DNA of 63,558 nt, the filler included, from Folioceros fuciformis (taxonomy: Eukaryota): NCBI GenBank assembly GCA_049999805.1. It is 5 parts of 5 records of this genome, joined end to end, with 100 filler letters (N's around TTAATTAATTAA, not from the genome) between each part and the next. Parts side by side here need not be neighbours in the genome. Positions count along the whole stretch, not along the records: positions 1 to 29,511 come from JBNGIO010006223.1; 4 more parts are not named here. One strand, 5' to 3'. Both the position numbers and the translations under genes were made by a program. The notes beneath the pieces are model-generated. The model searched no databases. It worked only from the letters and a program-made list of their open reading frames with translations, and was not told the DNA's origin. Below are positions 1-11,891 of this stretch, one piece after another. Numbering within the stretch: the stretch's first letter is position 1; each line of letters starts with the position of its first letter.

Positions 1-136
1 TGCTGGACTTAGGTACCTTAAACACATTATACACATAGCTAGTTGACATAAAAAATATATATTATTAAAAATACCTCATTTATATAAAAGAATATTTCTA
101 TCATTGAAAAAGAAATCTCGTTGACATAAAATATGA

Positions 137-1182
137 TTTTTTATTATTACAAAAGATATAGAAAGTCCCATTTACTCCAAAGATTGCAGGTAGAAAGTCC
201 CATTTACTCCAAAGATTGCAGGAAACCCCATCTGGCCAAAAGGGGTACTAGCCCCTTGGAACATTTATCTCAAAAACTACGTATTGCTTCCAAAATGTTA
301 TGATGTGCAATAACAAAAGGCCTACCTACCATCGATATACCGAAGAAGCCACTTGACCTGTACTTTTATAAAAACCTTGTTGGCCAATGCTCTTTCCAAA
401 GCAATGGATACGCGTTGTCAAAAAAACAGGCGACCACAAAGGAAAGAGGGAGAACACCATTTCATAGACTTTGATAAACCTTGGCACACTCCTTGATGAA
501 CCTTAAAAAGTCCTTACCCATGGCCCCATGAGTCTTAAGAGCAAGGGGGATGAAAATATGCCCATCTTGCAAGGGAGAATACTTATGGACTTTGGCGCTT
601 GCACAACCCTCCACCGCCCATCCAGGGGGCTTGATGACGACATGCTTGCAAATTGAATTCCTAATGGAATTTGTAACAACCACCACATCAGCAACACAAA
701 CCTGCTTCTCCCTAGTGAAAAAAAATGTCAGCTCTAAGTGAAACCCCGTTGCACAAAGTATAAGGACACGCTCTATACGGAAGAAACCCACACTCCCTAG
801 CCATTGAGAACATGATGTCTTGAACTGCATCATGGTTAGCAAAGCAGTGCTCCTCGACAAGACAACGTGCAAGATGGGACCTTGCATCGACAATGGCAAC
901 CCACAACGATACGTAGAGAGAGAAAAAGCCAAGGGGTGGGCCAAACCTAAGCAGAATCTCAGCACGATGGTGAAAGTTGCTGATGCGATTCGAAACGCCT
1001 AGATGCAAGGTCGAGCCATAAGCCAAGAGCTTGCTCCCTTACCTGATCAAGAGCAAATACGAGCATGCGAAGCCCTAGGGATGGATAAGTCCAAAAGAAG
1101 GGCTCTTAGTGCTTGGTCATTTTGCTTTTCTAGGAGGAAGGCATGGAGACCTCTCAGCCCTTACCTGGAAGAGGAGGTGCCC
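137..1182 (-). mobile_element. 5'-truncated, degenerate CRE-like non-LTR retrotransposon (zinc finger + restriction-like endonuclease end)
   Basis: Minus-strand translation across stops and frameshifts gives ARICS*SGKGASSWLMARP..FTIVLRFCLGLAHPL..YRCG..HLARC..HDAVQD..RADIF..VADVVV..KVHKY..FIPLALKTHGAMG..QRVSIALERALA. This is the motif order of the CRE-clade C-terminus. A T-rich tract at 137-149 would be the poly(A) tail. Confidence 0.75.
161..222. repeat. 30-bp direct repeat, 2 copies, in the putative 3' UTR of the CRE-like element
   Basis: GAAAGTCCCATTTACTCCAAAGATTGCAGG at 161-190 and 193-222. Confidence 0.9.
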
Positions 1183-1239
1183 CTCGTTGACACAAAAGAA
1201 ACATTATCAACAAACCTCGTTAACATAACAGAAACATTA

Positions 1240-1600
1240 TAAACAGAGCTTATCAACATAAATGAACTTGAAGCTCAACTTAGGCATCACAAGCATTATT
1301 ATATGCCATGCAAAGGTTGATAAGCAACGAAATAAAGCTAGTCGACATAAAAGAACTTGAAGCTCAACTTATGCATCGCAAGCATTATTATATGTCATGC
1401 AAAGGTTGATAAAGCAATAGAATAGAGCTCGTCGACATCAAAGAACTTGAAGCTCAACTTATGCATTGCAAGCATTATTATGTACCATGCAAAGGTTGAT
1501 AAGCAACAGAATAGAGCTCGTTGACATAAAAGAACTTGATGCGCAACTTAGGTATTGCAAGCATTATTATGTACCATGCAAAGGTTGATAAGCAACGGAA
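1240..1600. repeat. ~89-bp tandem repeat, 4 copies
   Basis: The anchor GAACTTGA(A/T)GC recurs at 1264, 1353, 1443 and 1532. Units share AAGCATTATTAT...ATGCAAAGGTTGATAAGCAA. Confidence 0.95.
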
Positions 1601-1671
1601 CATACAGTCCTGTGAATTAGATTATGTTGCAAATTAGCTGCTAAGTGTGCAGGAGGTTCGATCTCGAACTC

Positions 1672-2040
1672 TCAAGCATTTACATCGTGCAAGTGCACTT
1701 TGCAAGTACTACACAACCAGGTTAACATGTTGGCATCCATAGCTTGCCCCAACAGCCCTTGTCTTGTTCTCTTAGCCATACCCTCCACATTTATGCCTCC
1801 AAGCATGTAGCCCACTACTAACTCTCGCTCCCATGAGTTTGGCTCTCCTAGATTATTTCCCTTTGATCGCAACTCTTTCTCTAATGAGCATATCCAAAAG
1901 CATGAAAGCCATTCGCACTTACAAATAATGCTCATCTTGCCCTTGGTTTTTCCACTTTATTTACAACAAAACATGATGTGCTCTCCTACTTTTTGACTTC
2001 TTGAGAGCGCTTATCTTCAATCACAAAGTCTTTAACCGTG
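1672..2040 (-). pseudogene. C-terminal fragment of a DNMT3-like C5 cytosine methyltransferase (motifs IX-X), probably transposon-borne
   Basis: ERELVVGYMLGGINVEGMAKRTRQGLLGQAMDANMLTWL aligns without gaps to the recalled DNMT3A C-terminus [39 protein letters not shown]. The upstream part is broken by stops and a frameshift. Confidence 0.6.
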
Positions 2041-3459
2041 TTAAAATAAAATTAACCTTGGACTATGCTTAAGTCATTTATGTTTGGTTAGGGTTAGATA
2101 TATATACAACTACTTTTATACCGTTTCGATATTAGGGTTTAGTATAAAACGTGCTTGAGATATTTGTTTATTCACTTAATCAATTTTGTGCATTTGAGTC
2201 TCGTGCTTCTGTTCCCCTCAGCCCTCGATCACAAATGCATGCATAATTTATGCCTGTAAATTCACATGGTCTTAGAGCCTCATGCTCTGCTACCTAATCA
2301 AGTCCTTTGAGAATGCCGAGGACGCGTAGTCCTAACAAGGATCTGAGCAAGAGAGGCCGAGGTGGTCGCAGAGGGAGATACCCTCAACAACAACCGCGCA
2401 ACTGGTCTCAAGAAGAAGCTACAGACTCTACGAACAGGACTACGCTAACCTTTGGCTACGGAAATTTGCAGATAAACATTTACGGTGTGGACTTCCCAAG
2501 CCCCCTTCTCAAGAACTTGATTGGAATCAAGCTGTCAACACTGAGTTCAAATCTCGCTGTTTGAGGAGAGGGATAAGCCTTGACGATTTTAGATACAAGC
2601 GCTAGGAGAATTCACCACCCGTTTGTAGGCCTGCAAATTCCAGACATACGGATTTCAATCACCAGCCAAGTAGCAGTCGGAGGGTTATTGACAAATCTCT
2701 AGCTACAGCTATTAGGGTGGAGAAATCCTTGTCATTGATTATCTCAAATCAAGAACTTATGGAATAGAGTGGAAGAATTGGATCTTGCGACAGATCTCGC
2801 CATCAAATATATCCTGGAAACAAGAGAGGACATCACACAAGTTTCTGAACTTCTACAAAGTTTGAATTTGATGATGGAAATGGAAAGAAGCGCGACCTGT
2901 CCACAGGATTCGCCACCCCAAATTCTATGAAATTCTTACTTCCACTGCGTCGAGCGCAAGGGAGCTTGGAGCGCCAGATGCAAGCACAAATTGGTGCTAG
3001 ATTTGAAGGGGCACCTTAAATTGTGTGTCCCTTCCTTTCATGGCATGGAATAAATCGTAAAGAAAAAAAAATGAATCGTTATTAACCTAGAATTGAAAAG
3101 GCGTAACGTTTCATTTTTTTTTTTGTGCACCCCATTTGCAAACTAACCATGTACACAGGAAGAACTCGAAGGGGAGGTTAGCTTGCTGAGCCCCAGGTGT
3201 AACACACCCATTGCCCTCCAAGATAAGCCCCCCCATCCGACCTTCCCTGCACCACATTGTTAGGCACACATAGACACATCTTGCTAGCACATAGACTCTT
3301 ACCTAAATTGTCAGAGCCTTAGCCATTGTACATTCAGTCAGGTATTTTATGTCCACAGGATGGATAGATGCATTGCTGAATTCTTTGGTGCAGCATTTTC
3401 AATCACTGAGCCTGCAGCCAATACCCACAACTCGGCCACCCCTTGTACAAATAATAAAC

Positions 3460-6400
3460 ACAATGGCAACTGCTGTACCTATATTCGCCGCTGACACTAA
3501 GGAGAAAGACTGTTTTAATGGTAAAAATATAGTGTGTGGCGAGTACGCATGAAAGCCATGTTTTTGGCTCGTGGAGTCTAGCCTGTCGTTGCTAGGACAT
3601 ATGTGAAGCCAGATCCCAATGGCAATGGCAAAACCTAAAGTAGATGAAATTGCAAAATGGGATCAGTACAATAGTATAGATGTTGCCCTACTCATAAATG
3701 GACTTGATACCAATCTTGTCCCAAACATTGAGTTCCTTGGGGAATCAGTTGCCATATGGTCTCTGCTCGAAAAGACGTATCAGCAACAAAACATGATGTC
3801 CTTGTGCGCAGTATGTCGTGCTAAACAGTGTCAGTATGATCAGTTAGCTAGCCATTGGCAGGATTGTGTGAAAAAGAAAGGTCCGAGCACTCGCTTTCCA
3901 ACAAGCTTATTGGTCAGGAACGTGACCGGAAGACAAATTGAAAACCAAGCAAATAGGGTTGTGGTCCTTGCAAGTCCTTATCAGCATCGCACAAAAGCAT
4001 CACCGTCACCACATAGTCTCAGCCTCACAACACTCTTAGGTGAAGTCCAGCCAGATCGGTTGTCTAGAACCGCCTAGCTAACACTCAAACCTCCATCCAC
4101 ACCCAGCGATCGCGACCCAAATTGCTTCACGTGTCGGTGCCACCACGAGGACCCTAAAAACGTTGACCCTGGTCTCGGTGATGGTCTCCACAGGCAGGCC
4201 GCGCTCACCATCTCTCCAGCAGCCCCGTCCGCGACTCAACAATCGATCGGCTCACAGTGTGTTCAGGCCAAACCAGTGCCACCACCCAAGCTCAGCGCCG
4301 CCTCCCCAGTGCCTCAGGTTTGAAAATGGCAGCTGCAGGCTTGCGCGCACATGGATATTGAAACCGGCTCACACCAGATTTGCTTGTGCCAAATCCAGTC
4401 GACAACCGACTAAGTGAGCTGAACTCCGCTTGGATTCTCCTGTGGGTCGCAGGCCGCACAGTCGCATCCGTGACCCCGTGAGTGAGCTTCCCGCACAGGC
4501 AGCTCGCATCCATGGACAGTCTCAGGCTACCCTCGGTGAAGTTTTCCCCACCTAGCTCCTGGCTCCCACACACCAACTCGTCGATGTCCACTAGCTCAAC
4601 GTCCAGCGCCACCGTGCGCTGGTGCTATTCTGATGCCCACGACGGGACACCACAGCACTCGTGAGCTCTCCTGGTGCTCTAACTAAGAACCCCAGCTCAA
4701 CGTCCAACACCGTCGTTTGCTGGTGCCATTCTGATGCCCGCGACGGAGCACCACAGCACTCGTGAACCCTCCTGGACAAATCCTGAGACTCATGAGCAAG
4801 ACCCCCGTCCTGCAATCCCAGCGACTGTGTTTTTGAGTTGTAGTAAGTCCTCCACCTAGTCCTGGCGTGTCACACTCAGATCGTCAGTTACACACACTCA
4901 CCCGATGTGGCATATTAGTGTTTGCACTCCGATTTCTGAGAAGTGGATTTACAAGCGATTCCTTGGTCAGCCACCTCGACAAAAGGCCTAGGTTCAACGA
5001 GAGAACTCCTAACAACTGTGTGACTGAGCGTAGAAGCCCGATACTTACCTGCCACACTTGCTCCTAGCCGTTGCCCGTAGTGTTCCTCCTCTCCGTCGGC
5101 GCCATGCCGCCCACGCTCGTACCTCCCAGCCATTTTGCACAATGATGCTTCTCGCCTCTAAGCCCTAAACGAGTCACACGTTCCTTACCTAGCCAATCCC
5201 GATCTACCTAACTATATGATTCGCCTAATTACATGTAATTAGGCTAATTACACATGTTTGATTAATTAGATATCATAATTAATCAACATGGCTTGACAAG
5301 TACAAATGGAGTACTTTACATTACGGATGAAGGAGGGAGAAAAAGTGTCAACACACATCAGCCGATTTAGACACCTTCGAGCTCAGATTACTTTCCTAAC
5401 TTGCAATAAAGTGCCAGAGTCAGAAGTAGTTGCAAAGCTCGTCTCCAGCTTACCTCCATCCTATCATGCGTTTGTCACAACTCAGAACAGACCCATAAAA
5501 CCATTTGGCTTTGCTGGTTCCTCAACTAGTACAATCACTGTGGAAGATGTGATTGGTGCCATGTACCAGGAAGAGCAGGCCCACCTTATCTCTGCTGGTG
5601 GCTCTAGGCAAAAGGCAGAAAAGGTGTTAACAACAAGTTTTAGGCCCAATAAGAGTAAAGGAAAAGCAAAGGCTGGAGGGAGACCTAATTCTACATCTTC
5701 AAATTCACCTTCCAAATGACTAGGAAACTGCAACTAGTGCGGTATCGCTGGCCATTGGGCAAGGGAATGTAAGAAAAAGAATGCAGGAGAACCGCAACGT
5801 ACTAAAAAAGGCACTACCACAGTCGCCATCAAAGAGACACGAGCAGGTGATACCAAACCTACTGTGAAGATCCTTACAGTTTGTCTCACAAGCGCATGGT
5901 ATGAGACAGGCAGCTGGTACTTGGATTCCGGTGCCACATGACACATATGTACATGAAATGAATAGTTCTTCACGCTAACCCTTAGCCTGAGTGCTAACAA
6001 GGTGCTTCTCGGTGATGAACGAAGCAAGACGAGCCTGCAAATACGAGGCCACAGGACATGTAAGTTCACCTTGCATGATGGTTCAGTCCTTACCCTTGAA
6101 GACGTGCTTTATGTCCCGACCATGGCCAAAAATTTGATGTCTCTGAGTAAACTAATGCAACTTTGACAATATGAGCTTCATGCTATGGATGATATCTACT
6201 CTTTCTACAAAAAAGACAGACTACAGACCCTTGTGTTCAAGGGCATACCTGATAATGACCTATATAGGTTGGATATTTTGACAATACACCATAGAGCAGG
6301 TCTTGCATCACAGGAATCACAAAAACTTGCTGTCCTTTGGCATGGTCGGCTTGGCCATATCAACAAACACAAGCTCGTTGATATGTCTTTACAGCAGTAC

Positions 6401-8151
6401 CATCTGGAACCTCTGCCTCGTTGCTTCAATGACTTGCCCTCCTGTGAGGCTTGTATTGTTGCAAAGCAGAAACAACAACCCTTTCTTGCACATATATTAA
6501 ATATATCAAGCAAAATACATGTTCCCTCTCTTGGAGGATCTCAATATTATTTCTGTCTAACTGATGACTATTCCTGGCGGACAGATAATGGCTCCGAGTT
6601 TAACAACCTAGCTTTTGATACTTTCCTAGATGAACGAGGAATCCAACGGCAATAGACTGTCCCTTACACTCCCCAACAGAACGGAGTGGCAGAAAGAAAG
6701 AATCAAAAACTTCTCTCCATGACCCGCAGCATGTTGATCTGGGCTGGACTGCCCCAGACATACTGGGCTGAAGTGATTGTAGCTACCACATATGTGCTCA
6801 ACAGGCTGATCACCAGTTCAGTCCCATCCAAAACACCTTATGAAGTGATATGGAAACGCAAACCAGGCCTACTACACCTCCGGGTTTTTGGCTCCCGAGC
6901 TTTTGCTCTCATCCCAAAGGAGAAGAGGAAGAAGTTGGATGCTCGAGCCCAAGCTCTCATATTCATTGGATACAGTGATAATGCGAAAGCATACAAGCTA
7001 TATGACCCTGCCAACAACAAAGTGGTATTAGCTCGTTCTGTCACATTCATTGAACCAGTCCATTATGTAAATGCTGACCAAAACCCTTTGTTACCTTTCG
7101 AGGGAGATACACTTGTAAACAGTGAGACTACAGAATCTGAATTTCCTGATGAAATGGCTAGCGAACACACTGTATTCCCCTTCATTCCACCAACTGTTAA
7201 TGACCAGGATAATCAAGATGGTCTGGACAATGGCCTAGAGGTAGATGATCAAGTTGATATCGAAAATGCAGATGGTGCAAATCTAGAAAGTCTGAATGAG
7301 GATGACAATCTCAATAATGAAGAGCAAGAAAACCATGATCTTGTAGATGTACACGATCCTAAAATACCTGCTGATGAAGATGATCTAGACTTGTTCGTTG
7401 CAATTGATGCCTTTGAAGAACAACCTGAGATTGCACAAGTTGCTGACCCTGTAGAAGATCAACCACCCTAAAGAAGGTCCACCATGCATAGACCAACACC
7501 TGATCAATGGCATGAACCAAGATATGAGTCCATAGACGTTCGCACATCGTATGCTCAAGCTGTCCATGCTGCATCCACCACAGTTCACTTAGAACCCGAA
7601 ACATTGAGAGAAGCTTTCACAAGTCCAGAGAAAGACAAGTGGAAATTTGCAGTGGAGGACGAATTCAACAGCCTTGTTAAAAATCAGACCTGGAAATTAG
7701 TGGACCTTCCAGCAGGTAGAAAACCCATCTCTTGCAAGTGGGTCTTCAAGCTAAAACTGAATGAGAAAGGTGACATAGCTAGGTATAAGGCGAGATTAGT
7801 TGCCAGGGGCTTCACACAAGTCGAAGGCCTAGACTATCAAGAGACTTTTTCCCCTGTTGTTAGATCACAGTCTGTCAAGATGATCCAAGGACTTGCAATA
7901 GAGCACACAACCTTGAGTTATACCAAATGGACGTATGCACTGCCTACTTATATGGCTCATTGGACGAAGACCTTTATATGACTCAACCTGAAGGATACAA
8001 AGATAAGACCTATCCCAAGCTAGTGTGCAAACTATTGAAAACCATTCATGGTTTAAAACAGAGTGGCCGGGTTTGGTACTTAAACATACACGTGCACCTC
8101 CTCAACAGATCCTTCAAACAAAGTGTATCTGACAGTAATAACAAGGTCTAA
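3460..8151 (+). mobile_element. Degenerate Ty1/Copia retrotransposon (gag-PR-INT-RT), 3'-truncated, gag interrupted by an insertion
   Basis: Gag KEKDCFNG..WRVRM and LRMKEGEKVSTHI; zinc knuckle CN*CGIAGHWAREC; protease WYLDSGAT; integrase LWHGRLGH, TDNGSEF, AERKNQKL; RT LPAGRKPISCKWVFKLK..YKARLVARGF. INT precedes RT (Copia order). Multiple stops and frameshifts. Confidence 0.95.
3794..5288 (-). mobile_element. ~1.5-kb solo-LTR-like insertion inside Copia gag
   Basis: Removing it restores gag (QQQNMA*QVQMEYFTLRM). Ends read TG...CA, and AACATG is duplicated at 3790-3795 and 5285-5290. It contains an internal ~70-bp duplication (4593-4664 / 4694-4765). Confidence 0.7.
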
Positions 8152-11100
8152 CCCAGACGGGCGGATTCCGCAAAGCCCATTTTGAGCTTTTTAAATTTGT
8201 CTTGGTCCGTGCTTGCACTAAACGAGCAAGCTACATGGCTTCCTTGCAAGCCTCAGTCGCTGCAACATACTCGGCCTCTGTGGTAGATAGCGTTATGCAC
8301 GATTGCAAACGAGATCGCCATGAGACTGCCCCTCCAATGCACATGAAGACATAACCTGATGTGGACCTCCTTTTGTCCATATCCCCTACATAATCAGCAT
8401 CCGTATATCCCACGACAGATGCATCTTCACTACCAAAACATAAGCACAAAGCTTTTGCACCATTTAAGTACCTCATAACTCCTTTCACTGCCTCCCAATG
8501 CTTCCTGCCAGGGTTTGACATAAACCTGCTAACCACTCCCACTGCAAAAGCAATGTTAGGATGTGTAGCAATCATTGCATACATCAAGCTCCCTACAGCT
8601 GATGAGTATGGAACCTTCTCCATTTCAGCTTTGTCCTCTATAGAGCTTGGGTAATCCTTGCTCAAAAGTTTCATATATGGAGGCAATAGAGTACCCAATA
8701 CCTTCCCCTTCCATATGTTGAAACGTGGAAGCACCCTGTTAATGTATTCAGTCTGAGACAAGTAAAGCAAATGCTTCTGTCTGTCTCGACGAATACGCAT
8801 GCCAAGAATATGGCTTGCCTCTCCCAAGTCTATCATGTCAAAGCGAGCATTCAACTTTGACTTCAATGTTGAAATCTCATCGCCGTTATTCCCAGCAATT
8901 AGCATATCATCCACATATAGGACCAGAATGAGCAAGCTTCCATCCTTAGCTTGCTTTGTATAGAGGCAATGATCCTCATCGCTACGCTTGTAGCCTTGAG
9001 AAAGCATAAATGAGTGGAACTTATAATACCACTCCCAGGGTGCCTGCTTCAAACCATAAAGGCTCTTCTTTAACCTGCACACTAGATTCTCTTTGCCCTT
9101 CTCAATGAAACCCTCTAGTTGTTGCATGTATACCTCTTCCTGGAGATCACCATGCAGAAATGCCGACTTCACATCCATCTAGACAAGTTCCATGTCGTTC
9201 CTTGCAACCAAAGCAAGAACACATCTCAAGGTGGTCATTTTGACAATTGGCAAGAAATCTCATCAAAGTCAATACCTTGCTGTTGCTTAGAACCGTTAGC
9301 AACCAATCGTACCTTGTACTTGGGTTTGCCATAATGGGGTATGTTTTTCATCTTGTACACCCATTTGCATGGCAATGCCTTCTTGCCCCTAGGCAACCGA
9401 ACCAACTCCCAAGTTTTGGTTCTTATGGAGCGAATGCATCTGCGACTGCATCGCCTTCTCCCACTTGACCTTGTCAATCACTAACATAGCCTCTTGGTAA
9501 CAAGAAGGCTCCCCACAATCCGTCTGCATGACATAATCAAGAGATGCAACATACCTGTCAGGAGGACGTGAAATCCTTCCTGACCTACGAAGCACAGGCG
9601 CCTCGACCGGAGCTGGTTGCACTCTCTCTTCTTCTACAAGTGGAGGAGCAAGTTCCTGCACATCACGACGTTCAACCTGCCCTTGACGCTCAAGTGCATC
9701 TTCTTGGAAGACCACCCGTCGCACCTTCACAATTGGAATAGGCTTCTTGTGCATCTTGATCTCATTGAAGAACACGTCATTGCTGCAAACAACCTTCTTG
9801 GTCTTTGGATCCCATAGACGGTATCCCATCTCACCAGATTCACCATAGCCAAGAAAAATACATTTTCTTGACTTGGGAGCCAACTTGTCCCACAACTCCT
9901 TCGAAACATGGCAGTATGCCTCGCAGCAGAACACTCGTAGATGCTTGTATGACGGCTTCTTTCCATACCACATCTCCTCTAGAACCTGCTCATCCACAGC
10001 CTTATGAGGAGATTTATTAATAAGATGCACCGCAGTAACCACTGCTTTTGCACAAAATCTGTTAGGCAATCCAGAGTTTGACAACAAACTACGCATCCTC
10101 TCCTTGATGGTCCTGTTCATCCGTTCAATCATACCATTCTAAGGAGGAGTATATGTCAATTCTCTCTTGATTCCGTTGGAATCACAGAATGACTGGAAAG
10201 CCTTCAAAACATACTCCCCACCATTGTCTATCTTTAGACACTTTAGTTAGACTGATTCTCCACAAGGGTGCTGAATTTCTGAAGCACTATCAGAACATCA
10301 TCCTTTTTCCTTCAAGGATAAACCCACACCTTGCATGAGAAATCATCTATGAAAGTGACAAAATAGGATGCATCACCTAACGACACAGTGGGCATAGGTC
10401 CACAAACGTCACTATGAACCAATTCAAGAGGTTTACTTTTGTGTTTACCTTTTGCTCCATGTGGTGACTTCGTTTGTTTCCCATATAAACAGTGCTCACA
10501 CACGGAGAAATCGGAGAAGTCAAAGGCACGGATGTAACCAATATGAGATAAGATCTTCATTCCTTTTTGAGACATATATCCTAATCGACAATGCCACAAG
10601 GAAACACTTGGCTATTCCGTTACACAAATCACATGATCCTTGACAATGGTTACCTGAAGTGAGTACAAAGGGCCACACTTTGATCCACGAGCTAACATAA
10701 GAGAACCTTTGGAGATCTTCCAAGAATGATCCCCAAACCAACAATGGTAGCCAGCGTCATCCAATGCCCTGTGCTAATCATGCTTTTTGTCAACTTCGGA
10801 ACATGCCTAACATCCTTCAATACGAATGAAGATCCGTTGTCAAACTTCAGCTGCACATCACCAACGCNNNNNNNNNNNNNNNNNNNNNNNNNNNNNNNNN
10901 NNNNNNNNNNNNNNNNNNNNNNNNNNNNNNNNNNNNNNNNNNNNNNNNNNNNNNNNNNNNNNNNNNNAGAATCAAAGGAAGAAGAGATAAGAACATCTCC
11001 ATCGTCAACAGAATTCACCTCGTCAGGCTTGATACTCGAGCTTGCCTTGTTGTCGCTCTGCTTCTTCTCCTTTCCTTTGTCCTTCTTGAACTTCTCGCAG

Positions 11101-11588
11101 TCCCTTCTGATGTGACCCTTTTTGTGACAATGGTAACACTCAACATTGTTACGACTACGAGATTTGCTACGGGAAAGACTTCACTCATTGCACTTCCCCT
11201 TTGAAGTGGACCTTCCTCTCACCATGAGGGCATTGGAACCTTTCGAAGGATCCAAATTCTTCCTGTTCACCTCTTCTGTCAACAGGCTACCTTATACATT
11301 TACAATGGTAAGATCACTGGCAAAAGCAAATTACTCAGAGCTGTACGAAAGCTATACGAAAGCCTGCGCACCTCGCACTGTGGCACCCTTGGCGCCCGGC
11401 GCCTTTGCCATGTGGCGCCCCCGCGCGCTTGGAATCGTACTGCGGGCACCTGGTGTGGATGGCGCCCCGAGGCCGACACCCCTCACGGTGCGGCAGCACC
11501 CTCCCGGCGCCCTTCCTAGATGCCTTTCCTCATGGCCTTATGCCTTTGTCTGCAGCACCTGCAGCCATCACCCTTGCTCCACAATCCT

Positions 11589-11601
11589 GGCTCTAATACC
11601 A
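11589..11601 (-). promoter_or_regulatory. Primer-binding site (tRNA-iMet type)
   Basis: Minus strand reads TGGTATTAGAGCC, one mismatch from TGGTATCAGAGC, and lies 2 nt from a CA LTR end. Confidence 0.8.
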
Positions 11602-11603
11602 GT

Positions 11604-11891
11604 TGAAGGATCGCTAGAGGAGCCACATGGTGAAGGAGGAGAGGAGGAAGCAAGGAGAAGAGAAGAAAGCGAGGTCACACTCTCACACAGTCTCAATTAC
11701 AAGGGAGCTCAAGGGGGATTTATACCCTCTAGAAGAGCTCTCAAGGAAGCTTCACAAGAAGCGCATAGGAAGCTGCGCAAGCAGCTTCCTATAGATTAGC
11801 TTAAGCTAATCTAAACAAATGATACTTAACTAGACACTAATCTTAGACTAAACACATTAGTCTAAGCACATTGGGCTTTAATAACCCTACA
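11604..11891 (-). repeat. 5' LTR (~288 bp) of the minus-strand Copia
   Basis: Minus strand reads TGTAGGG...TTCA directly upstream of the PBS. The outer boundary is inferred because no second LTR is available for comparison. Confidence 0.6.

Larger units (their letters stand above)
8217..11891 (-). mobile_element. Degenerate Ty1/Copia retrotransposon with 5' LTR and PBS; most of gag deleted; RNase H truncated
   Basis: [41 protein letters not shown]; integrase WHCRLG..LELVHSDVCGP; zinc knuckle CYHCHKKGHIRRDC near 11090-11140. A 100-N scaffold gap lies at 10868-10967. Confidence 0.95.

Noticed and set aside
1240..1600. 89-bp repeats (also the 73-bp and 48-bp repeats) as a CRISPR-like array
   Set aside because: Whole units repeat with no unique spacers, there are no cas genes, and the context is eukaryotic.
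11146..11799. 217-aa plus-strand ORF
   Set aside because: It runs antisense across gag, leader, PBS and LTR of the minus-strand Copia.
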